DNA from: a virus
Taxonomy: Duplodnaviria > Caudoviricetes
IMG/VR virus record: IMGVR_UViG_3300013121_000033
Coordinates: 96,001-160,000 of that record
Length of the DNA stretch: 64,000 bases
Direction: 5' to 3' (one strand)
Within the stretch, counting starts at the first letter, position 1. Each line of letters opens with the position of its first letter. The translations under genes and the position numbers were made by a program. Shown here piece by piece: positions 44,184 to 53,488 of the stretch. The notes under the pieces are model-generated. The model ran no database searches. It was not told the DNA's origin and saw nothing but the letters and a program-made list of their open reading frames with translations.

Positions 44184-44801
44184 TGGATCGAAGCCGCCGA
44201 CATCGCCACCCAACTCGGGATGACCACCCGCTCGTTCGAGACGTCCCGCTCCCGCGCAGCCGGGAAGTGGGCGACCTTCCCCCACCCGGCCCGCAAAGGC
44301 GACCGCTGGCAGCCAACCGTCTGGCGGTCCGAAGACGTCGACCGCTGGGTCCGGCACCACGAACGCAACTCGCGTCTCGTCGCCCACGCCCTCACGCTCG
44401 TCCCCGGGGCGACCGTCACCCACCCGAGACGCGACGACGTCGCCGACCTCGACTGCCCCGCCGACGACCTGGCCGGGTTCATCACCGCCAAGGGACGCAC
44501 GTTCGCGGTCGTCGTCGAACCCACAGCGGCCTACGCCGACGGGACGATCCGGGCGTGGCTCACGGTCCGGCCCGTCAAGGTCGACACCCGGCCGACGGTC
44601 GCCGACCAGTTGAACGACGCCGCACAGGTCGTCGGGTTGACGTTCACCTCACCCGAACTGTCACCCGGCGGGTGGACGTGGAAAGTCGTCGACTTCGACG
44701 AACGCCTCCGTCGGCTCACGATCCACACGGTCGACACCGAGACACCCCACGAGGCGTGGGTCGGACTCGACGAGCGCGTCAGCATCAGGAGGACCCCATG
44801 A
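44181..44801 (+). CDS. HTH (AlpA/excisionase-like) DNA-binding protein
   Basis: AADIATQLGMT..FPHP..VWRSEDVDRW pattern. Confidence 0.65.
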   Translation: MWIEAADIATQLGMTTRSFETSRSRAAGKWATFPHPARKGDRWQPTVWRSEDVDRWVRHHERNSRLVAHALTLVPGATVTHPRRDDVADLDCPADDLAGFITAKGRTFAVVVEPTAAYADGTIRAWLTVRPVKVDTRPTVADQLNDAAQVVGLTFTSPELSPGGWTWKVVDFDERLRRLTIHTVDTETPHEAWVGLDERVSIRRTP

Positions 44802-45850
44802 CAGCCACGACCTCCACTGCTCGGGTCCCGGCGCTCGACGGCTACCGCGGCGTCGCGGTGTCGCTCGTGCTGTGGGCGCACCTGTTCGCCGGGGTGTCGC
44901 CGAAGAACCGGCCGTTCACGTCGTGGTCTGCCGGTTGGCTTCCCGGTGGCGGGCTCGTCGGCGTGCAGATGTTCTTCGTGCTGTCCGGCTACCTCATCAC
45001 CGGCATCCTGCTCCGGTCGACCGGCGGCCGGGGTCGGCTCGTCGGGTTCTGGTGCCGCCGGTTCGTGCGCCTCGTCCCCGCCCTCGCCGTCGTGTGCGCT
45101 GGCTACATCGCGATCGGGGGGATGCTCGGGTTCTCGTCGGACCTTGTGCGTGCCGACGTGCGATCGGCGCTCACCTGGTCGGCGAACTTCGCGCCACCGA
45201 CCGGGTACGGCTGGCTGGGCCACACATGGTCGCTCGCCGTCGAGGAGCAGTTCTACCTTGCCTGGCCGCTGCTGGTGGCGGTCGGATGGCGGGTGTCGGG
45301 GCGCCGCGGTGTCGCCCTGTTCGCCGCCGCGGGGATGGTCGCCACGATCGCGTTCCGTCACCTCGCCGACGTGCCCCACGAGATTGCCTACACGCAACTC
45401 CGGTGGGATGCCCTGTTGGTCGGTTGCCTGCTCGCGTGCGTCCTCGATCCGGCGGCGAGGTTTCGGGGCCAGCGGTGGGTCGGGGTCGCGGGCGCTGCCG
45501 TCCTCGGGTGGTTCTCGCTCGCCGAAGTGACCTACTCGCCGGTGTCGTTCACGCTGCTGACGGTGGCCGGTGCGGCTGCGCTCGCCGGTGGACTCCACGA
45601 GCGGGTGCTCACGGGGCGGTGGCTGCGCTACCTCGGGCGCGTCTCGTACAGCCTGTACTTGTGGTCGATCCTGCTGTTGCGCCTCGGCTGGCCCGGGTGG
45701 GTGTCGCTCGCCGCGAGCCTCGCCGTTGCCGACGCCTCATACCGCCTGGTCGAGCGGCCCCTCATCGCCCTAGCCGCAAGGCGTCACGCCCGGCAGACAT
45801 CCACTTCGAACAGGATCAACACGTCGTCGTTGGCTGAGGTGTCGTTGTAG
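44798..45850 (+). CDS. Acyltransferase-3 (OafA-like) membrane O-acyltransferase
   Basis: LDGYRGVAV..H, GVQMFFVLSGYLIT, RRFVRLVP, HTWSLAVEEQFY, SYSLYLW. Confidence 0.92.
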   Translation: MTATTSTARVPALDGYRGVAVSLVLWAHLFAGVSPKNRPFTSWSAGWLPGGGLVGVQMFFVLSGYLITGILLRSTGGRGRLVGFWCRRFVRLVPALAVVCAGYIAIGGMLGFSSDLVRADVRSALTWSANFAPPTGYGWLGHTWSLAVEEQFYLAWPLLVAVGWRVSGRRGVALFAAAGMVATIAFRHLADVPHEIAYTQLRWDALLVGCLLACVLDPAARFRGQRWVGVAGAAVLGWFSLAEVTYSPVSFTLLTVAGAAALAGGLHERVLTGRWLRYLGRVSYSLYLWSILLLRLGWPGWVSLAASLAVADASYRLVERPLIALAARRHARQTSTSNRINTSSLAEVSL

Positions 45851-48621
45851 AGGTAGGCCGTGCTGCTGGTCACCTTCCACACCGGCCGGAACCCGTGCGT
45901 CCCGGCCTCGGTGGCGACAAACTCGGCGACGCAGCACACCGTCTGCCGGGCCGTCGTCGACGCGTGCACCACCCCCGACCGCGACCCGGCGATGTAGACG
46001 TTGGCGCTGGTCGGCTGGTCGACCTCGTAGTCGAAGTGGACGTTCTGGCCGTTCGCTGCCATCGCCGCTGAGCCCGCGAGGGTGCATCGCACACGGTCGC
46101 CCACGGCCAGGTCGACGGTCTGGTAACCCAAGTTTGTGGAGTCGATCGGCGTCTTGGAAGTGCTGTTCGTGGACTTGGTCGTCGTGCCCGACAGGGTGAC
46201 CGACGCGACCCGCTGCCACACGCCTGCCAGGTTCGTGGCGTTCCACCGCACCCACGGCACCGCTCCCGCCGTGAGCTTGCGCCACACGTCGCCGCTCGTC
46301 GTGTTGAACCACAAGCTCCCGACCGGAAGGTCAGCGCTGCCGGGGTCGGCATCGGCGTAGAACAAACCGAACCCGCCGCCGTCGCCGAACCGGACCGCGC
46401 CTGCGTCGAGGTCGTCGTCGCGGGCAACGACGACACCGGCCTCAGAGTTGCCGAGAGAGATCGTGAACGACTTGCCGTCGGTGTAGTGCGAATCCACCGA
46501 GCCGAGCGCGGACGAGAGGAACTCGCCGTCGCCGTCGAGTACCAGCAGCGGGTGATACCAGAGCGTCCCCGTCCACGTCAGGACGAGCCCGAAATAGTTC
46601 GGGTTCTTCCACGTCTCCCCGGCGCTCGGGGAGCCCGGCACGTCCGTCCCCTCGTAGGTGACGGCGATCTGCGCCCCAAGGTACTCAAGATTCTCGATGA
46701 GCGTCGCGAGGTCAGCCACCGTCTGGACATCGACGTAGTGCCACTTCAACCGGAGCGTGAACGTCACCGGGTCGGAGAGGACGGGGGCGGCGTAGGGGGC
46801 GGCGAGCCCGACTGCGTAGCGGACGGTGGCGACGTCGGCGTCGGTCGTGCGAGGGTTGGTCAGGCGCAGGTACGCCCCCGGATCAGCTTCCGGTGCCCCG
46901 TTGCCATTGCCGATCGTCATGCACTTCCCCGAGAACGAGCCGGGCGGCGAATCGGTGAAGGTGTCGACGATCGCCCCGTGGTCCTGCGTCGTCAGGTCTG
47001 ACGGGTCGACACGCTGGCCGTCGAACGCTTGCGTAGCGGCGTCGGGGTCAACGAGGTCGCCGTCGAACAGGCCGGTGATGAGCGCGAACTGGTATGTCTG
47101 ATCGCCGGGGGTGCCGCCGACCTGCTCGGGGAACTCGACCAGATCAGCCGAGATACCCTTGAGCCAGCGGGTCGGGTCTGGCAGATGATCTGGGTGGGCG
47201 ATCTGCGCGACGTACATGTTGTTCGTCTGGTCGCCAGCGGGCATCGTGAAGCGGTACAAGCCGTCGCCCAGGTACTCCGACGCCATGCCAACCGCCCCGC
47301 TGGACGGGTTGTAGAGCGAATGCTCAGCGACGGCCCTGAGGTTGTTCGTGGCGGCGTCGTCGGAGAAGTCGCCGGTGACCAACTCGACCGCGGCGTCAAG
47401 CTGCGCCTGAGTGACACCACCACCGTCCGGTGCTTCGGGCGATTCCCAGAGGGGGACAACGGTCGCTTCCCACTCCATGCCCGGGTTCGTCGCCGCCGGG
47501 TTGCCTTCGGTGATCGTGACGTGCACGTCGGCGATGTCGGCCGGGTCGGTGAGTGGCGTGTCGAGCAGAACGGTGACCGGTTCCCACGGCTCACCCCACT
47601 GTGCGAACGCCTTGCCGGACGTGCCGATCGCGACGCTGTCGTCGACGGACACGCCGAGGGAGTCGATGAACCGTGACCCGGCGAGCAGGTTGCCGCTCCC
47701 GTCGACCAGAGCGATGCCGCCGCCACGGGTGCCCGACACGCCGTCCGTCTTGCGGCCCACCGAGAACCTGACCCCGTAGAGGGTGCGGCCGTCGTCCGGT
47801 TCGGGGATCGTGGCCTCGGCCCTGTACAGCACCCCGAGCCCGGCGGCTGGCACGCTGAACACATACGGCTCGCCGGTCGCGGCGACGCCGCCCTCGATGG
47901 GTTGCAACCCGGCCGGGTTGCCGCCGACAAAGAAGATGAGCAGCGAATCCCACGCCACGTCGTCGTCGGAGAACTCCAACAGTTCGTCGACGCTTGCCCG
48001 GATGTTCTGCTCCGCTACCTCCCCAGCGAACCACGTCACGTCCGGGCCGTTCAACCGTTCCCAGTCGGTGTCGTCCTCCCCGAACTTGAACCACACCTTC
48101 GCACGCGACGAGCCGTCGACCTGCACGCCGATCGTGCCCCTGTCGGCGGCGATACCGGCGTTCGGGTCGGCGTCGGCGTCGATGGAGATGATGCTGCCGC
48201 CCGTGTTCGGGAACCGCGTGACGCCGTACCCGGAGTGGGTGACCTCGACGAGCACCCACTTGGTCTGAGCGGCTTCCGCTCCGTCGCCGACGCCGAGGGA
48301 CGAATAGAACCCGTCCTCGACGTCGGGTGGGTCGTCGTCGCTGCCGGGCTCAACGATCGACACCGGGACGGAGAGAACGAGGATGGTGGCGCCGCCGAGG
48401 TCGTCGCCGGTCATCTCGATCGTCTCGCCGTAGGTGTTGGTCGCGAGGACGAACGTGTCTGAACCCTCGTCGTAGGAGAGCGCGATCGCGTCGACGGTCG
48501 TGTACGACTGGTCGTCGCTTCCGCCCCCGCCACCGCCGCCGGTGTCAGGATCAGGCCACCAGTAGTTGCCATCCTCATCCGCGACGCTCGCGACGGGGTA
48601 GGGAGCGGTCGGGTTCGCCAT
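45784..48621 (-). CDS. Large acidic virion/tail-associated protein
   Basis: 945 aa, acidic and beta-rich; 'GETW' and 'GSLWFNTTSG.VW' segments typical of tail fibres. Confidence 0.6.
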   Translation of the reverse strand: MANPTAPYPVASVADEDGNYWWPDPDTGGGGGGGSDDQSYTTVDAIALSYDEGSDTFVLATNTYGETIEMTGDDLGGATILVLSVPVSIVEPGSDDDPPDVEDGFYSSLGVGDGAEAAQTKWVLVEVTHSGYGVTRFPNTGGSIISIDADADPNAGIAADRGTIGVQVDGSSRAKVWFKFGEDDTDWERLNGPDVTWFAGEVAEQNIRASVDELLEFSDDDVAWDSLLIFFVGGNPAGLQPIEGGVAATGEPYVFSVPAAGLGVLYRAEATIPEPDDGRTLYGVRFSVGRKTDGVSGTRGGGIALVDGSGNLLAGSRFIDSLGVSVDDSVAIGTSGKAFAQWGEPWEPVTVLLDTPLTDPADIADVHVTITEGNPAATNPGMEWEATVVPLWESPEAPDGGGVTQAQLDAAVELVTGDFSDDAATNNLRAVAEHSLYNPSSGAVGMASEYLGDGLYRFTMPAGDQTNNMYVAQIAHPDHLPDPTRWLKGISADLVEFPEQVGGTPGDQTYQFALITGLFDGDLVDPDAATQAFDGQRVDPSDLTTQDHGAIVDTFTDSPPGSFSGKCMTIGNGNGAPEADPGAYLRLTNPRTTDADVATVRYAVGLAAPYAAPVLSDPVTFTLRLKWHYVDVQTVADLATLIENLEYLGAQIAVTYEGTDVPGSPSAGETWKNPNYFGLVLTWTGTLWYHPLLVLDGDGEFLSSALGSVDSHYTDGKSFTISLGNSEAGVVVARDDDLDAGAVRFGDGGGFGLFYADADPGSADLPVGSLWFNTTSGDVWRKLTAGAVPWVRWNATNLAGVWQRVASVTLSGTTTKSTNSTSKTPIDSTNLGYQTVDLAVGDRVRCTLAGSAAMAANGQNVHFDYEVDQPTSANVYIAGSRSGVVHASTTARQTVCCVAEFVATEAGTHGFRPVWKVTSSTAYLYNDTSANDDVLILFEVDVCRA

Positions 48622-48669
48622 GCGGGAAGGGTACCGGGTGGGTGTGTCGCCGCCCCGGACCGGCGGTGG

Positions 48670-49446
48670 CTACACCGTCAACGGAGTCGGCGGATCATAG
48701 ATGACGTCCTGTTCGTGCTCGGGGTCCTGCCGCACCCACCGGGAGAACAAGTTTGTTGCCCCAGCGTCGAGTTCGGCGGCCATGTCACGCCAGTGGTACC
48801 CGTAGCGGCGGGACAGGCCCGGGGCTGCGGCGTACGCGGCTGCCCCTTGGCGCACCTTCCGTTCGACTTGCTCAGGTGACCGGTACGGGTAGTGGTGGAT
48901 GACCAAGCGAGGTTCGCCGTGGGGGATCACCACGCGGTCGACGGTCGCCCAATGGTTGCCCTGCTCGATCGTGAGGCCCGGCACACACCGGGCGGCGGTC
49001 TTGGGGATCGCTGAGACAGTGGTCCGCCACCCCATCCGTTCGATGATCGTGCCGTCGGCGGGGTCGAGAACGGTGGGGAAGTGGTGGTAGAAGTCCGCCT
49101 CGATCGCCCCGATGCCGTCGGGGAGGCCGTTTATGACGTCGGAGATGAGTCCCCGTCCGGCGGTCCACAGTTCGTCGGCGTCGAATGGGACAACCCACGT
49201 CGCACCCATGTCAGCGGCGCGGGCAGCGAGCGCGGTCATCTTGGCCGACTGGTAGTAGCCGGGTTCGGGGTCGTCGACGACGGTGACACGGCCGGTGTCG
49301 GCGGCCGCCTGTTCGATGATCGCTCGGGTGCCGTCGACTGAGCCGTTGTCGGCGATGAGAACATGATCGACGTTGGCGAGCATGTGGCGCAGGGTGACGT
49401 CGAGGATGTCGTCCTCGTCGCGGACCATGCTGATCCCAAAGATCAC
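48670..49446 (-). CDS. Glycosyltransferase family 2
   Basis: MVRDEDD, ADNGSVDGT, PFDADE (DxD), HHYPYRS. Confidence 0.9.
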   Translation of the reverse strand: MIFGISMVRDEDDILDVTLRHMLANVDHVLIADNGSVDGTRAIIEQAAADTGRVTVVDDPEPGYYQSAKMTALAARAADMGATWVVPFDADELWTAGRGLISDVINGLPDGIGAIEADFYHHFPTVLDPADGTIIERMGWRTTVSAIPKTAARCVPGLTIEQGNHWATVDRVVIPHGEPRLVIHHYPYRSPEQVERKVRQGAAAYAAAPGLSRRYGYHWRDMAAELDAGATNLFSRWVRQDPEHEQDVIYDPPTPLTV

Positions 49447-50225
49447 AGCGCCTCCATCAGGGTCGGGGGGTCGTAGATGAGCGACGGTGACGCCTCGGGG
49501 TCAGCGACGTAGTACCGGAAGAACTGTTCGGCAATCGCTACGTCGCTGCGGTTCCCCCAGTCTTTCCAGTGGCCGCCCATCCAGTCGGGCAGGTCCGGGG
49601 CTGCGGCATATGCGGCTGCCCCTTGGCGGAGCTTACGGACGTACTGCTCGACGGTCCGGTACGGGTAGTGGTGGACCTTGAACAGCGTCCCTGTCCACGT
49701 CAGGTCACGGGCCGTGGAGTAGGCGGCGTGGTTGCCTTGCTCGATGACGAGGCCCGGGACAACCCGGCAGATGACGTTGCGGGGACCGGGGATTGTCTGA
49801 CGCCACGGGTAGCGGGCGATCGCGTGGCCGGGCGCGGCGAGGTCGCCGGTCGGGACGTGGTGGTAGACGGTTGCCTCGACGATGTCGACTTCGTCGGGGA
49901 GAGCGGCGAGGACATCGGCGATCCGGCCGGTCGGCGGGACGAACACTTCGTCGGCGTCGAACGGGACAACCCACGTCGCGGCCATGTCTGCGGCCATGGA
50001 AGCGAGTGCGGTCATCTTGGCCGACTGGTAGTAGCCGGGTTCGGGGTCGTCGACGACGGTCAGGCGGTCGCAGCCGTCGGCGATCCGGTCGATGATCGGG
50101 CGAGTGTCGTCGGTCGAGAGGTTGTCGGCGACGATGACGCGGTCGCAGTGGCCGAGCATGTGGCGGATGACTGGCTCGATGATGTCCGCTTCGTCGCGGA
50201 CCATCGTGATCCCGACGACGGTCAC
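49443..50225 (-). CDS. Glycosyltransferase family 2 (paralog of the adjacent gene)
   Basis: MVRDEAD, ADNLSTDDT, PFDADE, HHYPYRT. Confidence 0.9.
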   Translation of the reverse strand: MTVVGITMVRDEADIIEPVIRHMLGHCDRVIVADNLSTDDTRPIIDRIADGCDRLTVVDDPEPGYYQSAKMTALASMAADMAATWVVPFDADEVFVPPTGRIADVLAALPDEVDIVEATVYHHVPTGDLAAPGHAIARYPWRQTIPGPRNVICRVVPGLVIEQGNHAAYSTARDLTWTGTLFKVHHYPYRTVEQYVRKLRQGAAAYAAAPDLPDWMGGHWKDWGNRSDVAIAEQFFRYYVADPEASPSLIYDPPTLMEAL

Positions 50226-50947
50226 CGGTTGAGCGCCCATTCGTACAGGGTGGGGTGCACGAGATAGTTGCAGGGGTCGAGGTCGTCGGGGAGCCCCAGT
50301 TCTTCGATGACGTCGGTCAGGGTCGCGGCGGGGGCGAACAGCATGAGGTTCTGCTGGTACCACCACTCGACACGGGGATCGCCCCAGAACAGGTGGCGGA
50401 GAGCGCCGGAGCCGGACAGGCCGTGCTGTGCGAACAGGTCGCGCCAGTAGGTCGGCGGCTGGCAGTTGACATGGTTCGTGCCGGGCTGCCCGGGGACAGC
50501 GGCGGAGAACAGGATGAGGTCGGAGAGGTGAGCGAGTTCGGCGACGAAGCCCGCTGCCCGTTCGGGTGGCAGGTGTTCGGCGACCTCCAAGCAGATGACA
50601 AGGTCGACGTACTTGGGGGTGTCGGGGTACAGGTCGAGCGGCTGGTTGAGGTCCCGAGGGAGGAACGGGACGACGTGCTCGGCGACGTGTTCTCCGTCGA
50701 CACAGAGGGCAGCGCAGTCGCCGGGGACTTCGTCACGGAACGCTGCGGCCCAGTGGCCTTCACCGCCACCGACGTCGACGACGTAGAACGGACGGCTCGT
50801 GGAGCCCGGCAACAGCAGCGGCTTCGGAGTCGCCGCTGCGGCGAACACCTTCGCGAGTTCCTTTGCGACGGCCGCCGCGGAGTTCACGGCGGCCGAGCGA
50901 ATCGTGTCGTAGAACTCGCCGTTATACAGCGGTGCGGTATCGGCCAT
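50222..50947 (-). CDS. Class I SAM-dependent methyltransferase
   Basis: VVDVGGGEG, DLVICLEVAEHL, FSAAVPGQPGTNHVN. Confidence 0.9.
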   Translation of the reverse strand: MADTAPLYNGEFYDTIRSAAVNSAAAVAKELAKVFAAAATPKPLLLPGSTSRPFYVVDVGGGEGHWAAAFRDEVPGDCAALCVDGEHVAEHVVPFLPRDLNQPLDLYPDTPKYVDLVICLEVAEHLPPERAAGFVAELAHLSDLILFSAAVPGQPGTNHVNCQPPTYWRDLFAQHGLSGSGALRHLFWGDPRVEWWYQQNLMLFAPAATLTDVIEELGLPDDLDPCNYLVHPTLYEWALNR

Positions 50948-50949
50948 CG

Positions 50950-51630
50950 CTAGTACCCCTTCGCTTGTCGATGTCGTTCGTTGCCGATGTGGGTGACCCA
51001 CGGGCCATCATCGCGTGCACCCCAGTAGCCGACGGTGATGGTCGGGTCTGCGAACAGGCGGGTCGTCCATGCCGACTCAGACTGCGGGTCGGGCGGCCAT
51101 CCTTCACGGCAGACGATGGAGCGGTGCAGCGACGGGTTCGTCGTCCAGAACCGGCGGTGTTCAAGCCACGGCCACCCGGCTGTCTCACGGTCCGTGAACG
51201 ACTCGGGGGCGAGTTCGACGACGCCGCCAGCGGCGATCTCGTCGCCGTTGACCGGCTGGCGGCGCAACGCGATCTGCGCGACGTGAGGGTGGAGTTCGAG
51301 TAGGTGCGCGACGGCGTCGAGGTTGACCGCCCGGTTGTAGATGAAGTCGTCCTCGGTGGAGAACACAAAGGGTTCTGGGACGTGGCGGGCGATGTGGGTC
51401 CAGGCGTGCCGGTAAGCGCCACCGAAACCAGAGCGACCAGGGGTCGTGACGACACCCCACCCCGGGTAGCGAGACGTGAGCATCGCGGCATGTTCGGGGT
51501 CGCCGGAGTCGTCGTGGATCAGGCGACGGGTGATGCGGCCGTGGATGTTGTCGAGCAGGGACGCGATCGACTCGTGGAGGTACCGGTCGCGGCCATCGGT
51601 CATGACGACGAGACAGATCGACGGGACCAT
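50950..51630 (-). CDS. Glycosyltransferase family 2-like
   Basis: VMTDGRDRYL, IHDDSG, STEDDF, HIG. Confidence 0.8.
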   Translation of the reverse strand: MVPSICLVVMTDGRDRYLHESIASLLDNIHGRITRRLIHDDSGDPEHAAMLTSRYPGWGVVTTPGRSGFGGAYRHAWTHIARHVPEPFVFSTEDDFIYNRAVNLDAVAHLLELHPHVAQIALRRQPVNGDEIAAGGVVELAPESFTDRETAGWPWLEHRRFWTTNPSLHRSIVCREGWPPDPQSESAWTTRLFADPTITVGYWGARDDGPWVTHIGNERHRQAKGY

Positions 51631-52280
51631 CAGTTGTGGACCATGAGGACGTTCTTGAGGACGGCGCAACGGGGAGGTGGGATCGAGGATGCCATGACGT
51701 CCTCGATGAAGTCGCCGTCGCTGTTGGCGTCGAGGTTCCGCCAGCCGACCCGCTTCGCGATGCGGGAGGTGACGACGAGCGATCCGGCGTCGCAGCGGTT
51801 CCGCTTAGGGGCCACTTGGAGTACGGAGTAGGCAGGGTCGCTCGGCCGGTTGATCCGCTCGTAGTTGTGGACGCACGGGAAGATGACGAGTTTCGCTCGG
51901 GTCCTGTCGAACGCATCGAGGACAAACTCGACGTAGCGCGGCATCAGATAGTTGTCGGCGTTCTGTGTGGCCCAGAATGCGGTGGTGGTCGCTGCGATGC
52001 CGTGGCGGCGGAGGCTGTGCCCCCAGTTGTTGTGCCGTTCTGGTGTCTCGGCGTATGCGAAGTGTTCGGGGTAGCGGTCGGCGTAGGAGCCGCAGATGAG
52101 CCGCGCCCGCGGGTCGGGGCCGTCGTTGATGAGGTGCGCAAACCAGCGGTTGTCGGTCTGCAACAGCAACGAGTTCACGATGATGTGCCACTCGGCTTCG
52201 AACCCGTAGCCGACGACGGTGATGGTGATGCGGGCGCCGTCTGGGGCTGGGGGGAGCCCCAGGGTGTCGTCATCGGTCAT
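51630..52280 (-). CDS. Glycosyltransferase family 2-like
   Basis: SLLLQT, INDGPD, NWGHSLR, NADNY, DGDF. Confidence 0.8.
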   Translation of the reverse strand: MTDDDTLGLPPAPDGARITITVVGYGFEAEWHIIVNSLLLQTDNRWFAHLINDGPDPRARLICGSYADRYPEHFAYAETPERHNNWGHSLRRHGIAATTTAFWATQNADNYLMPRYVEFVLDAFDRTRAKLVIFPCVHNYERINRPSDPAYSVLQVAPKRNRCDAGSLVVTSRIAKRVGWRNLDANSDGDFIEDVMASSIPPPRCAVLKNVLMVHN

Positions 52281-53020
52281 CGTTTCGGCGGGTCCTCTCC
52301 CCATAGGTGGGCTCGACTTCGGTACAGCTTGCGTCCTGCGGGGATGCGGCGGCCGGATGCCATGTAGCTGGCGTCGTTCGGGGCCTTCCCGAACCTGGGG
52401 TGCAGGTGCTCGACGTGACTGTCAACGGCGTACGCCCACGCGTCTCGGTGCCGGGCGGTGCCGGTGAACTCGTCGTCAACGAACTCGTGGGGGTATGCGG
52501 GGTTGAGGACCCCGGTCGGCTCGTGGGGCGGGTCGTCGATGAGGCCGAGGCTGGTGTACCAGCGGGCGACGAGGCAGTGGGTGGCGTGCTCGCCTGCGGC
52601 GACAGCGTCGCGGCTTGGCGAGTCGGGGCGCCACGGGCCGAGGTCGTTGGTGCCGACAACGCCGACGGTGGCGTTCATCGGGGCGAGCGCTGCGTCGAAC
52701 CAGCCGGGGTGGAAGCTGAGGTCGTCCGCGCCGAACAGGAGGTACGGCTCGTCGGTTTCAGCGACTCCACGGTTGATCTTGCGGGCGTAGTCACCGATGC
52801 CGGGCGGGTCGTCCATGACGACAGCGTCCACCGCGCAGCCTTCCGGGACGGGCAGGTCGAGCACCTGGTGGATCGCTGCGAGTTCTTGCCTCTTCCCGGG
52901 CGACGCGAGGAACAGGATGGTCCACGGCACGTCGGTCGCTGCGGCGACCGAGTCGACGATGGGCCGGACACGGTGCGGCCGGTTGAGGACCGGGACGAGA
53001 ACAGCGACCATGCCAGTCAC
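52277..53020 (-). CDS. Glycosyltransferase family 2-like
   Basis: VLVPVLNRP, GADDL, VDDEF, VEHLHP. Confidence 0.85.
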   Translation of the reverse strand: MTGMVAVLVPVLNRPHRVRPIVDSVAAATDVPWTILFLASPGKRQELAAIHQVLDLPVPEGCAVDAVVMDDPPGIGDYARKINRGVAETDEPYLLFGADDLSFHPGWFDAALAPMNATVGVVGTNDLGPWRPDSPSRDAVAAGEHATHCLVARWYTSLGLIDDPPHEPTGVLNPAYPHEFVDDEFTGTARHRDAWAYAVDSHVEHLHPRFGKAPNDASYMASGRRIPAGRKLYRSRAHLWGEDPPKR

Positions 53021-53262
53021 GAGTCGTCACCGCTCATGATGCGGGCCAGGAAGGCGGGGTCGAGGTGGGCGAGGCGGCGCAACGCCCTCGTCTGGTAGTA
53101 GACCCGGATCGCGTTGAACGCCGCGGTGACGGCGAACAGTTGGGTCGGGTCGGAGAGCGGGGCGTCGTCGCCGTCTGCTTCGACCTGGTCGAACAGGGCG
53201 AGTGCTGCGGCGTTGAGGCCGAGGCACATCTGCCGGACCTTGAAGTCGTTGTCGTCAGACAT
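53017..53262 (-). CDS. Hypothetical protein
   Basis: 81-aa ORF, coupled to neighbours. Confidence 0.6.
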   Translation of the reverse strand: MSDDNDFKVRQMCLGLNAAALALFDQVEADGDDAPLSDPTQLFAVTAAFNAIRVYYQTRALRRLAHLDPAFLARIMSGDDS

Positions 53263-53488
53263 CGGGTTCCTCGTAGGTGGAGTCGATCAGGTCGTCGGCC
53301 TGGTGGCATGGTCCGCAACGGCGCCGCGTCGCCGGTTCGTCGCTGCTGGTGGGCCGGTACATGTGGCCGCAGGATAGGAACTCGACACCGGTCGACTGGG
53401 ACACGACGTCACGCCACGGTGCGAGCAGCGGCCGGGCGAGGGGGAGGGGGTCGTCGTGGCCGGTGGGTCGTCGGCGGCGGGCGGTCAC
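53255..53488 (-). CDS. Small Zn-ribbon-like protein
   Basis: GTGA start; LSCGH..CGPC. Confidence 0.55.
   Translation of the reverse strand: MTARRRRPTGHDDPLPLARPLLAPWRDVVSQSTGVEFLSCGHMYRPTSSDEPATRRRCGPCHQADDLIDSTYEEPDV

Noticed and set aside
41981-48621. Diversity-generating retroelement acting on fibre genes
   Set aside because: No reverse transcriptase recognised and no template/variable repeat pair noticed by eye
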